A DNA stretch of 64,000 bases from an uncultured Actinomycetes bacterium. GTDB lineage: Bacteria > Actinomycetota > Thermoleophilia > UBA2241. Within the stretch, counting starts at the first letter, position 1, and each line of letters starts with the position of its first letter. The notes beneath the pieces are model-generated. The model was not told the DNA's origin, did no database searches, and saw only the letters and a list, made by a program, of their open reading frames with translations. Location: contig CAVYCN010000003.1 of assembly GCA_963767005.1 (NCBI GenBank), forward strand, positions 96,001-160,000. Direction: 5' to 3'. A program made the translations under genes and the position numbers. This document shows, piece by piece, positions 22,267 to 32,026 of this stretch.

Positions 22267-22728
22267 TTAGACGGAGGTGCCCTCGTGGCCGAGTTCCACG
22301 ACGGTCCTGTAGCGGTGCTCCACCAGGAAGCGCCGGATGCGTGCCTCGATCTCGTCGCGCGCCTGGCGGAACCTCTCCAGACGCTCCTCGGCGCTGCCCT
22401 CGGTCGTCCCGGGGTCTTCAAGAGGCCAGTACTCGCGCGTACCCGGGCCTGGGAACATGGGGCAGTCCTTCTCGGCTCGGTCGCAGACCGTGATGAGAAA
22501 CTCAAAGCGCGCCTTGCCCATGAACTCCTGCAGGCCCTTCGGCCGCTGGTCGGCGATATCGATCCCGCGTTCGGCCATGACGGCGATCGCCAAGGGGTCG
22601 ACGGCGCACGGCGCGGTGCCGGCGCTGTAGGCCGCAAAGGCATCTCCGGCCAGGGCCCCCAGGAAGCCCTCGGCCATCTGGCTGCGCGCGCTGTTGGCGC
22701 TGGAGAGAAAGAGGACCTTCTTGACCAC
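22267..22728 (-). CDS. ArsC/LMW-PTP-fold protein with the catalytic Cys replaced by Ser
   Basis: VLFLSSANSARSQMAE, SAGTAP, ITVCDRAEKDCP, WPLEDP, FRQARDEI. Confidence 0.85.
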   Translation of the reverse strand: MVKKVLFLSSANSARSQMAEGFLGALAGDAFAAYSAGTAPCAVDPLAIAVMAERGIDIADQRPKGLQEFMGKARFEFLITVCDRAEKDCPMFPGPGTREYWPLEDPGTTEGSAEERLERFRQARDEIEARIRRFLVEHRYRTVVELGHEGTSV

Positions 22729-23212
22729 GTCTGCCTCCGCTGGATGGACCCGGTGAGGAGCATCCTACTCGTCCCCGACCAGATGCGACGGCGCGCAGGC
22801 AAGCGAAAGCCCGCCGCAACCTCGGGGGCGCTAGCAAGCCAGCCGTGCTAAGACGTGCCTGCCTTGTCGCGCTTCAGACGTGTCACGCCGAGCCGCGATT
22901 CGGTTCGTCGTGCCACGCCTTGCCATACCGATGGCTACAACGGGCACCTGAAGTATTCGCGCAACAGCCCACTTCTACACGCGTTGTCGCGGCCGATTGC
23001 TCTACGGATGACGGCGACCCCGGCGGATCGCGGCGCGCAGTGATGCCGGCTGTTTCCGGCAAACACAGGTCACGCGAACCGGTGCGACCTCCAAGTCCCC
23101 TGCTGACGAGCCTGCGGCTGACAGGCTGCCGACGCCTCCCAGGGTCGGCACAAGCCGGATGGGGGAGAATTGAGGCAAGAGACCGCCCAGGCACAGCCCG
23201 AAGGGAGCCGCC

Positions 23213-24154
23213 ATGACCACCACCGAGCTCTTCCCAAGCCGATGGCAACCCCAGGTCGTGTTGATGGCGGCCCTGCGGGTCGGCTTGATCGCCGAGTTGC
23301 TCGACGAGCCGCACACACCCGGCGATGTGGCGGCTGCCCTCTCCCTGGACGAGCGCGCCACCCTGCGCGTGGTCGCCGTGCTGCTCGATGCGGGCTGGCT
23401 CGAACGTCGTGGCGATGGCCTTGTCGTGGCCCCCGAGGTCCGGCCACTGCTCGACCGCCGCAGCGAGGAGTACATGGGCGACCGCCTGCTCCATCTCCAC
23501 GACCTGCTCGGCCGCTGGGTGCAGCTACCGGAGGTGCTGCATCACGGCGGCCCGGCGAGCTTCGAGCGGACCGCGGAGTCGCTGCAAGCCTTCATCGGCT
23601 CGATGCGCGCCGGCGCCCGCGAACGCGCCGAGCCACTGGCCGAACGTCTCGCGACGCTCTTTCCGCGAGTCAGGACCGTGTTGGATGTCGGCGGCGGGCC
23701 CGGTACCCAGGCCTTCGCCTTCAAGCGGCGGGGCTGGCAGGCGACGGTACTCGACTTTCCCGAGGTGATCGAGCTCATGGCAGACGACCTCGCAAGGGCC
23801 GGCATCGCCACGATCAAGGCGGACGCGACGCAGGGCATCCCGGCGGCGGGCTTCGACCTCGTCTTCTGCGGCAACCTCTTTCACTCGATGTCGCCGAGCC
23901 AGTGCGCCGCCGTGGTGGCGAGCTGCGCCGGTGTGCTCGATGCCGGCGGGGTACTGGCCATCCTCGACTTCCTGCGCGGTGAGGGTCTGCACGCCTCGCT
24001 CTTTGGGGTCAACATGCTGGTGGCCACAAGCGCCGGCGACGCCTACGGCGAGGACGACTATCGTCGCTGGTGTGAGGATGCCGGACTGGAGAGCTTCACC
24101 GTCCAGCAGACGCCCGGGCAGGGCCAGAAGCTGCTGACCGCCATCAAGTCCTGA
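23213..24154 (+). CDS. SAM-dependent O-methyltransferase with an N-terminal wHTH dimerisation domain
   Basis: VLDVGGGPG, LDFPEV, FDLVFCGNLFH, GGVLAILDF. Confidence 0.85.
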   Translation: MTTTELFPSRWQPQVVLMAALRVGLIAELLDEPHTPGDVAAALSLDERATLRVVAVLLDAGWLERRGDGLVVAPEVRPLLDRRSEEYMGDRLLHLHDLLGRWVQLPEVLHHGGPASFERTAESLQAFIGSMRAGARERAEPLAERLATLFPRVRTVLDVGGGPGTQAFAFKRRGWQATVLDFPEVIELMADDLARAGIATIKADATQGIPAAGFDLVFCGNLFHSMSPSQCAAVVASCAGVLDAGGVLAILDFLRGEGLHASLFGVNMLVATSAGDAYGEDDYRRWCEDAGLESFTVQQTPGQGQKLLTAIKS

Positions 24155-24374
24155 TTGCGGGGCATAGGTCTGCCGGTTCTGTGGGCGCGTGAGAAGCGCA
24201 GCACTGAGCGGATGCTGCCGACTGAACGCCGACGCTGCGAGCCAGCACTGTGCCCCTGACGTGTCGGTTCGTCTCGGTACTCCTTCTCCACCTTTCCGGT
24301 GCCTCGACTCGCCTTGCTCGGGCTTCCGACCCGAGTGCATGTCTTCCTGTCGGCACAAGGTCAGGAGGAACATC

Positions 24375-25610
24375 ATGCAAGGTCACATCAGGCGTCGCGG
24401 CAAGGGCGGCAGTCTCGAGTACATCATCGACATCGGCGAGGCTCAGGCGCAGCGCTGCCAGGAGTGCGGGCGGCGCTTCTGGCTGGAGCGCCAGCCGCTC
24501 GCGGCCTGCCCGCGCTGCGGCGGCAAGCTGCAGCTCGGCGCGGAGCGCCGCCGCCAGACGAAGGCGGGCTTCGCCACTCGCAAGGAGGCGCGGACGGCGA
24601 TGAACAAGGTGCTGGCGGCGGTGTCAGAGCGCAGCTACGTGGTACCGACCAAGGTCACGCTCGAGCAGTTCCTCACCGACGAGTGGCTGCCGGCGATCGA
24701 GTCCACGGTGCGCCTCACCACCTACCGCTCCTACGTGCAGCACGTGAAGTGGCACATCGCACCGCACCTCGGGGAGGTGGCGCTGTCGTCGCTCTCAGGC
24801 GCCCAGATCAACGGTCTCTATGCGACCCTGGCCAGTCACGGGCGGCGGGGCGGTAAGGCCGGCCTTTCACCCCAGACCGTGCGCCACGTGCACGCCGTGC
24901 TGCACCGCGCGCTGCGCGACGCGGTGCGCTGGGGGCTGATCGGTCGCAACCCGATCGACTCAGCCGACCCACCGCGGCCTTCAAGCTCTCGCGAGATGCA
25001 CACCTGGAACCCCCGGCAGCTTGAGGCCTTCCTGGCCTTCACCGCGAGCGACCGCCTCCACGCGATGTGGCAGCTACTGTCGTTGACCGGCATGCGCCGA
25101 GGCGAGGCCTGCGGGTTGCGCTGGTGTGACTGTGACTTGGAGCAGGGACGGATCGCCGTCTGCCGCGCCCTGGTACCGGTGGCCCGCACCGTGCTCGTCA
25201 CAGAACCGAAGACGGCGCGCGGCAGGCGCTCGATCGCCCTCGATGAGAAGACGGTGGCGGAGCTACGGGCGCACGCCGAACGCCAGGTAGCCGAGCGTGG
25301 GTCCGCCAAGAGCTGGACCGAGACGGGACTTGTCTTTGCCGGCAAGGACGGGCAGGCGCTGCCGCCCAACTCGGTGAGCCGGTGCTTCGTGCGGGCGGTC
25401 AAGCAGGCCAAGCTGCCGCAGATCCGCCTACACGACCTGCGGCACAGTCACGCCACGCTTGCACTGCGAGCGGGCATCCATCCTAAGGTCATCTCCGAGC
25501 GGCTTGGCCATGCCACGGTGGCAATCACGCTGGACACCTACTCACACGCCATTCCGGCACTGCAGGAAGAGGCGGCGACACGGATCGCAAGACTGGTGTT
25601 CAGTAGGTGA
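24375..25610 (+). CDS. Phage/ICE-type tyrosine integrase with a zinc-ribbon insert
   Basis: TGMRRGE, PKT, HDLRH, RLGH, DTYSH catalytic set. AGGAGG SD before ATG 24375. Confidence 0.93.
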   Translation: MQGHIRRRGKGGSLEYIIDIGEAQAQRCQECGRRFWLERQPLAACPRCGGKLQLGAERRRQTKAGFATRKEARTAMNKVLAAVSERSYVVPTKVTLEQFLTDEWLPAIESTVRLTTYRSYVQHVKWHIAPHLGEVALSSLSGAQINGLYATLASHGRRGGKAGLSPQTVRHVHAVLHRALRDAVRWGLIGRNPIDSADPPRPSSSREMHTWNPRQLEAFLAFTASDRLHAMWQLLSLTGMRRGEACGLRWCDCDLEQGRIAVCRALVPVARTVLVTEPKTARGRRSIALDEKTVAELRAHAERQVAERGSAKSWTETGLVFAGKDGQALPPNSVSRCFVRAVKQAKLPQIRLHDLRHSHATLALRAGIHPKVISERLGHATVAITLDTYSHAIPALQEEAATRIARLVFSR

Positions 25611-25820
25611 GCGCACGACGAAGGTCCGCCCCTACCCGTCGCAGGAGTGGCGCATTCTGCGACACTCACGACACTAGACGTGATGCGGGGAAGCTGGATC
25701 GAGGCCGCGTTGGAGCCTGGTCGCCACGCTCCCGCCGACGATGAAGATTCGGGAGGCACTACAGAATCCGACCGGAGTAGAGTACAAGTGCCGATTGGCC
25801 GTCTAAGGGGGAGGTGGCTA

Positions 25821-27662
25821 GTGCCGCAGGTTCCCTACGAAGCGATCGTCTCTTCGACCGACCGACCCACGCTCGTCTTGGCCGGGCCGGGGGCTGGGAA
25901 GACGTACCTCCTGGGCGATCGAGTCAGCCGTCTACTCAGCGACGGCAGCGATCACGGAGCGATGACGCTCCTCACGTTCGCGAAAGACGCCACACAGAAC
26001 ATGCGGACCAAGTTGCAGGACCGGGCTCATGGATTCGGCATCCCTCATGATCAGCTTCCTCACGTCTCCACGTTGCACGCGCTCGGATACGAGATCGTCG
26101 GTAGGGACCCGCACGCGGTCAACCTCCGGAAGACGAACCTGGGCGTTCAGCCAGATCAACACGTTGCTGACCTCATCTTCAGAGACGCGGCGATGGCCGA
26201 AGGCCTGTCGGGGAGTCTCGCCGGCGATGCAAAGATGTGCAAGGCGCACGGCGACTGCACCCCGAGCACGTCCGAACAACGGTGCGCCGTATGTCGCTCG
26301 TACTGGCGAATCATGTCGAAATGCAACCGCGTCGACTACGACGATCAGGTACTTCTCGCCTGCCGGATCCTCGAAGCCAACGACAGCCTCCTGGGCGAGT
26401 ACCAAGCCCGGTGTCATCACCTGCTCGTTGACGAGTATCAGGACATCAACGCGGCCCAGTTCAGGCTCATCAAGCTGCTCAGCGGGGAGAACGTCGCTGG
26501 ACTCTTCGCCGTCGGCGATGACGCTCAAAGCATCTATAGCTTTCGCGGCGCCAGCCCCGACTTCATACTCAGGTTTGCAGAAGACTTCTCAGACGCCTGG
26601 ACGCCGCCTTTGGCCTACAGCCGTCGGTGCCACGAGGGCATCCTTGACGTCGCCCAATCCACCCTTCATTGCTTGTGTCCAGGGTGGAGCCCACCGCCCG
26701 ACATCGAGTACACCGTGGAGAGTGAACGCGGGCCGAGGGTCTGGAAGGCGCGCAGCGAGAAGGCCGAGGCGATGTGGGTTGCGCGCCTCGCTCGGCAAGC
26801 CGTGACAGAACACAAGACCGTCCTGGTGCTCGTGCCGAAGAGAGCGTTCTTCCCCCTTATCTCGGCCACCCTTGCCAGGTTTGGCGTGGCGCACGACTGC
26901 CAGGACGACCTGCTCTCGAACTCCACCCGTCAGAGGCTAACGGTCGCATGCCAGCTTCTCCGCTGGGTGCGGAATCCGGAGGACAACTTCGCAACGCGAC
27001 TGGCCATCGAGTGCGTCTTGGACCATGCGATGGTTCGCGTGCCTGGCGCCGGAGGGAGAGGTCGACTGAAGAAAGAGACCATCGAACGGCGAATCGCAGT
27101 TGAGAAAGAGATTGGCGATCTCTGGCGTCGCGTCTCGTCTCGCAGAAAGCTGATCGGGGTTCTGGATGGGCTCGACGACCCTTCGGCTGATCTTGCAGCC
27201 ATCCGCGCAGCGCTCAGTCTGCTCCGGACTACATACGGCGAGCGCGAGGGCGACTTCGCCAAGGCCCTGGCTCAGGCCTGCGGTGAGTGGATGAGGCCGC
27301 AAGACCTGGCTGCCGACCTGCTTGCTCTTGAGGCTGAGATCGACGGTGCTGCTATCCCTGGCTTCAGCTCAGTCCAGCTGATGACGCTACGAAAATCAAA
27401 GGGGCTGGAGGCGGATGTCGTCGTGCTAGTTGGTCTGGAGGACGACATCATGCCCGCTGAAGACGGCGACGAGGAGGAGCAAGCCAGGCTCTTCTACGTC
27501 GGGATGACCCGTGCCAAGCACGAGGTTCACATGATCCATTCAATCAGACGCCCGAGGAACGTCTCCTTTGGGCAGGACATCACCAACAAGCCACGGAGCC
27601 GATTCCTGGACGCCGCAGGAATCGAGAGCGATTGGACCCCTTACGACCTCGACACCGCGTGA
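25821..27662 (+). CDS. UvrD/Rep-like SF1 helicase
   Basis: AGPGAGKT, DEYQD, VGDDAQSIYSFRGA, KGLEAD, RLFYVGMTRAK. GGAGGT SD before GTG 25821. Confidence 0.9.
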   Translation: MPQVPYEAIVSSTDRPTLVLAGPGAGKTYLLGDRVSRLLSDGSDHGAMTLLTFAKDATQNMRTKLQDRAHGFGIPHDQLPHVSTLHALGYEIVGRDPHAVNLRKTNLGVQPDQHVADLIFRDAAMAEGLSGSLAGDAKMCKAHGDCTPSTSEQRCAVCRSYWRIMSKCNRVDYDDQVLLACRILEANDSLLGEYQARCHHLLVDEYQDINAAQFRLIKLLSGENVAGLFAVGDDAQSIYSFRGASPDFILRFAEDFSDAWTPPLAYSRRCHEGILDVAQSTLHCLCPGWSPPPDIEYTVESERGPRVWKARSEKAEAMWVARLARQAVTEHKTVLVLVPKRAFFPLISATLARFGVAHDCQDDLLSNSTRQRLTVACQLLRWVRNPEDNFATRLAIECVLDHAMVRVPGAGGRGRLKKETIERRIAVEKEIGDLWRRVSSRRKLIGVLDGLDDPSADLAAIRAALSLLRTTYGEREGDFAKALAQACGEWMRPQDLAADLLALEAEIDGAAIPGFSSVQLMTLRKSKGLEADVVVLVGLEDDIMPAEDGDEEEQARLFYVGMTRAKHEVHMIHSIRRPRNVSFGQDITNKPRSRFLDAAGIESDWTPYDLDTA

Positions 27663-27896
27663 TACCGAAGCCGGGTGGGGTCCGCGTAAGATGATGGGCT
27701 CGCCGAGGATCACGGCGCGCAATGCCTGACAAAGCTACCCCCTGAATCGCAGGACTCTGCTATCTGGCGCATCCGGCTGGCGCTCGCCTCATTCGCCGAC
27801 ATCCCTGATGCCTTCACTCTCGACGGAGCGTCCGCGACCGCGACACCGCTTGGCGAACAGCCGAACGGCGGCTCGCTGGTCCGGGTCGATCTCACC

Positions 27897-28802
27897 GTGA
27901 CTGCCGCGACTGTGAGAGATGCTCTGACGTGCGCAATCGACCTAAATGACGCCCTTCAGGATCGCGTCGCCTATCTGACCTTCGGTCCTGCGGCTTCCAC
28001 CATTCTGTCCGTGACGCCGCCGAGAGCGAGATATGGGGAGCCGTTTCCCATCGCCGTTCCCATCCCTGGGTACCGTCGAAGCCGCGTCGTCTTGACGCCG
28101 GCGGATATCTCGGCCTTGGACGCTGAAGTAACCGCAGAAGTCGCGACTGCGCTCAGATCTTTCCGTCAGGGCGTGAACTCGCCACTGCCCTTCGACTACT
28201 TCATCAACCTCTGGTCGGGCGTCGAGGCGCTCGCCAACGCTGACGCAGTCGCGGCCGACGACTACGTCCTCTCCGCTTGCCCAAACTGTGGCGCTGAAAT
28301 CAAGGGTGGACCGGCAAGCCACCAGCAAATCCGGCGCATGTTCACTGAAGGAGTCCCGGACGGCCTAAGGCCACCGAGGAGACTTGCGGACGAGACGCGG
28401 AAGACACGAGGGGCACTGGCTCACGGCGGAAGACGCCACACCTCTGACTTCCTCGAGGACGTGTCCGCCAAGGGTACAGGTCTGCAATCGGTGCTCGCGT
28501 CGACGCTTTCGACGCGTCTCGCTGCATCGCCTGTGGCCGGTACTTCCCCGCGAGTTGAGACCCCTTGGGGCCTCCTCACAATCTCGGTCCCCGGCCCAGT
28601 CGGCTCCGACTTCCAGGTGTCGCCTCTGGAGGTCGACTGTCGCTTCGGTCTTGCGATCGTGCCAGACGGTCGACACCGGGGACAGCTCGTCGACGCCAAG
28701 ATCGGCGCCTTCTTCCCGATCCCGGTCCAAGCGCTTGCTCTTCCCGACTTCGAACCGTCAGGCGGCAGGTCCGCTGTTCAAGGAGACGACCCTCAACGCT
28801 AG
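27897..28802 (+). CDS. ApeA/MauJ-like HEPN-domain protein with a CxxC insert
   Basis: FINLWSGVEAL helix, CPNCG, RGALAH (R-X4-H). The frame is open back to 27690, so the true start may lie upstream (e.g. CTG 27726). Confidence 0.55.
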   Translation: MTAATVRDALTCAIDLNDALQDRVAYLTFGPAASTILSVTPPRARYGEPFPIAVPIPGYRRSRVVLTPADISALDAEVTAEVATALRSFRQGVNSPLPFDYFINLWSGVEALANADAVAADDYVLSACPNCGAEIKGGPASHQQIRRMFTEGVPDGLRPPRRLADETRKTRGALAHGGRRHTSDFLEDVSAKGTGLQSVLASTLSTRLAASPVAGTSPRVETPWGLLTISVPGPVGSDFQVSPLEVDCRFGLAIVPDGRHRGQLVDAKIGAFFPIPVQALALPDFEPSGGRSAVQGDDPQR

Positions 28803-28926
28803 CCATGGTGCGAGTCCCCGCCAGCGATGCAGTGCCAGACGACCGGACTCACCTTCACTCTCCCCGCGAGCCTCGGCTCCGTCAGACCCCAGTGATACGC
28901 TGGCTTTCATCGAGCAGGGGGGCTGC

Positions 28927-29718
28927 ATGGCCGACGACGACACTCCAACCGAACCGCCGGTCGACGACGACGTCGCGGCTGAGCCGTCAACCGACGAGGA
29001 GTCCTCCCGAGGCGACGACGAGCCAGAGGCCCCGAGCGCCGACGCAAAGCCGTGTCCCGAGGCGGCCGACCCGGTGCGTACCTTCGCGAATCTCTACCGC
29101 GGCGCCATGCAGGATCCGGCGAAGTTCTCACTGTTCGGCCTCGACAAGGTCGGATTGCAGAAGCTCGCTGGGGCTGACCCGACGCTGTTCAAGCGAGTCA
29201 CCGGCGTCAACGACGCACTCCTGAAGCTCGGCCAACTCGGGGCAATCAAGAACGTCGGGATCAGCAACGCTGCCATCAAGGCCATGAGCCAAGCGGGCAA
29301 GTTCAAGACACCCGGCCTGATCGACCCCAAGCTGTTCGCGAAGGTCGCCGCGATGCCCCGGACACCAGCGTTCGATTCGGACGCCACCAACTCGCTTCTG
29401 CGGGGCTACGACCCCCACCCCGAGTACAAGCTCCTCCGAGAACAGACCACCCTCCTTGAGGTCATGACCGACCTTCAGAGGAATTCCCTCGAGCTCATGA
29501 GCAAGACGGGCGACATGAACGAGGAGACGCTCTCGATCAACCGGCAGATGGCGAGCAGCTCCAAGTGGATGATGCGCCTAACGATCGTCGTCTGTATCGC
29601 CACGCTGTTCACGTTGGCCGTATCTGCCGCAACGTGTTCGCGGACCTCGCAGACGGTCGTCGTGCGGCCGGTCGTGACACTCGCACCGTCGGCAGTCCCG
29701 AGCGCCTCCCAGCCGTAA
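28927..29718 (+). CDS. Hypothetical protein: acidic N-terminus, coiled coil, C-terminal membrane helix
   Basis: High-GC3 codon pattern from ATG 28927. Hydrophobic stretch LTIVVCIATLFTLAVSA. Confidence 0.55.
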   Translation: MADDDTPTEPPVDDDVAAEPSTDEESSRGDDEPEAPSADAKPCPEAADPVRTFANLYRGAMQDPAKFSLFGLDKVGLQKLAGADPTLFKRVTGVNDALLKLGQLGAIKNVGISNAAIKAMSQAGKFKTPGLIDPKLFAKVAAMPRTPAFDSDATNSLLRGYDPHPEYKLLREQTTLLEVMTDLQRNSLELMSKTGDMNEETLSINRQMASSSKWMMRLTIVVCIATLFTLAVSAATCSRTSQTVVVRPVVTLAPSAVPSASQP

Positions 29719-29957
29719 CGTCGCGGACAACCGTTACCGCGAGCGGGGGTTCTTCGCCGACAGCTCAGACCGGCTTCAGGACCGGAGGAGCCGCGTCGCA
29801 TTCGAACACGCCGAGTCGCGCCGACTCAGGCGCTCCTCCTGCCGACAGGGAGCCGCACACGGGCAGCTAGCGACAGATGTCGGCGCGAATGTCGGCATAT
29901 TGCCCTCTGCCGAGCGTGCACCGGTCCGAGAAGATGGCCGGGTGCAGGAAATTCTTC

Positions 29958-30031
<74 letters not shown>

Positions 30032-30151
30032 TCGGCGCTCTGGCTGTGTGCGCAGCCGGCCGCCAGTGGCGGCCGGCCCGCCGCTCCCCCCGCCAGACGA
30101 TAGGCAGACGCCGGCGCCGATACGCCGTCGTCTGCTCATGCGAAGCGAATC

Positions 30152-30228
30152 TGGAGCGGGTGAAGGGACTTGAACCCTCGACCTTCTGCATGGCAAGCAG
30201 ACGCTCTAGCCAACTGAGCTACACCCGC
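30152..30228 (-). tRNA. tRNA-Gly(GCC)
   Basis: GCGGGTGTAGCTCAGTTGGCTAGAGCGTCTGCTTGCCATGCAGA...GGTTCAAGTCC...GCTCCA. Confidence 0.97.
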
Positions 30229-30349
30229 GCAGACGGGTAGTGTACACGACCCCGGCGCGGCCCGGCAAATCGCGCAGACGGCCCGGCGGAGCGTGAGCGA
30301 GAGGGCGCCGAGAGGACCGCCGAGAGCGCCCGTGTGCGTGCTGTTCAGG

Positions 30350-31918
30350 TCAGCGAGCGGCGCCGTCGAGCGCCCTGTTCACCAGGCGGTCGGCCTCGGC
30401 GTTCTCTTCGCGGCGCACGCACTTGATCTCGACTTCCTGGAACTGCTCGAGCAGGGCGCGCGCCTGGGCATGGTAGCCGCGCATGTTCTCGTCCTTCACC
30501 TTGTAGCGCCCGGTGAGCTGACGGCAGATGAGCTCGCTGTCGGAGCAGACCGTGAGCTTGCGCACCCGGCGGTCGAGCGCCAGCTCGAGGCCTGCGATCA
30601 TGGCCTGATACTCGGCGACGTTGTTGGTGGCGACGCCGATCGTGTCGGCGAACTCCTCTTCGACCTCGCCCGCGGGGTTGAGCAGCCGTCCGCCGATCGC
30701 CGCCGGTCCGGGGTTGCCCCGCGAGCCGCCGTCGACGTACAGCAGCAGGTGGTCGTCGCTGTGGTTGTGCCTGGGGGCGAGGCCGTCCGTGGCCTCGCCG
30801 GCCTCGGCCGTCACGGCCAGGCGGCGCCACACGCGGCGGGGCTGCTCGAGAAAGCTCACCTTGACGTGCCCGGGTCGCAGCTCGTCGGCGAGCTGCCGAC
30901 ACCAGCGCTCCATCGCGAAGCTCTCGACGACCTCGTGCGGCACGTCGATCAGGGCGAGGCCCAGACGCTCGGCGCGCTCGGCGTCGTGGTACTTGATGTC
31001 GCCGGTCACGAGCGCGCCGACCCCGGCGGCCGCGGCCCGATCGATCAGCGAGGCGCCCGAGCCCGGCACCACCGCCACGCCCTCGATCAGCTGCTCGGGC
31101 TCGCCGGTGTGACGGATCGCCGGCAGGCCGAACAGCGCCGCGACGTCGGCGGCGAAGGCCGCGAGCTCCCGGGGCGCCGGCAGAAACCCGATGCGGCCGA
31201 GGCCCAGCGTGCGCACCTCGTCCTCGACCGGGTAGACGTCGAAGGCCGGCTCCTCGTAGGAGTGGGCCGCGACGAACGCGTCGACCACCCGCTGGCGCAG
31301 CGCGCGCGGGAACACGCTCTCGAGACGGAGCTCGCTCGTGGTCTGCTCGACGCCGATCTCGCCGACGGCCGGGTGCGAGCGGTCGCCGGGACGGAACGTC
31401 CCCTGACCGGGGATGCCGAAGGAAACGTGGATGTACTCACCGATCGTGCCGGCGCCGGCCGCGAAGATGGCGGCGCGCACGGACTCGATGTCGCCCTCGG
31501 GCACGAAGCCGACGAGCTTGAGCCAGTCCACGCGGGCCGGCGCGAGCGGCACGACGCCCTCGAGGTCGAGAGCCGCGCAGACGATCTCGGCCAGGCCACC
31601 GTGGGCCTTGTCGACGTTGGTGTGGGCGGCGACCACCGCCACGCCCGCGCGCGCCGCGCGCAGCACGAGCTCGCCGGGCCAGACATCGGCCGTGACGGCG
31701 ACAAGTGGGTCGCGCACGAGCGGGTGATGGACGAGCAGGAGCTGGCAGTCGCGCCGCGCGGCGTGGTCGACCGCGGCGACCGTGGAGTCGAGGGTCACGA
31801 GGATCCCATGCACCTCGCTCTCGCGGTCGCCGACCTGCAGCCCCACGCTGTCCCAAGGCTCGGCGAGCTCGAAGGGAGCAAGGCGGTCGACGGCGGCGAG
31901 GACGTCCGCGAGTTTCAT
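30350..31918 (-). CDS. Nif3-like dinuclear metal protein fused to a C-terminal RNase HI
   Basis: Nif3: WDSVGLQVG, HHPL, AHTNVD, HSYEEPA, TGDIKYH. RNase H: YVDGGSRGNPGPA, TNNVAEY, SDSEL, NAEADRL. One continuous ORF. Confidence 0.88.
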   Translation of the reverse strand: MKLADVLAAVDRLAPFELAEPWDSVGLQVGDRESEVHGILVTLDSTVAAVDHAARRDCQLLLVHHPLVRDPLVAVTADVWPGELVLRAARAGVAVVAAHTNVDKAHGGLAEIVCAALDLEGVVPLAPARVDWLKLVGFVPEGDIESVRAAIFAAGAGTIGEYIHVSFGIPGQGTFRPGDRSHPAVGEIGVEQTTSELRLESVFPRALRQRVVDAFVAAHSYEEPAFDVYPVEDEVRTLGLGRIGFLPAPRELAAFAADVAALFGLPAIRHTGEPEQLIEGVAVVPGSGASLIDRAAAAGVGALVTGDIKYHDAERAERLGLALIDVPHEVVESFAMERWCRQLADELRPGHVKVSFLEQPRRVWRRLAVTAEAGEATDGLAPRHNHSDDHLLLYVDGGSRGNPGPAAIGGRLLNPAGEVEEEFADTIGVATNNVAEYQAMIAGLELALDRRVRKLTVCSDSELICRQLTGRYKVKDENMRGYHAQARALLEQFQEVEIKCVRREENAEADRLVNRALDGAAR

Positions 31919-32026
31919 GGCCGGAGTCTACCACCCGGGGAGCGTGCCCAAGCGGTCGCGCCAGAGTAGACTCGGGGACCGGCGTGCTTGCGGGGGGTCG
32001 CCCGGCAGGCAAGCGAGGAGAACGGC

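Noticed and set aside
23070-23095. Possible att copy of the tRNA-Cys 3' end (cgaaccggtgcgacctcca)
   Set aside because: It has too many mismatches and the wrong orientation for a direct-repeat att site.
25821-27662. Gabija system (GajB-like helicase)
   Set aside because: There is no adjacent OLD-family ATPase/TOPRIM gajA gene.
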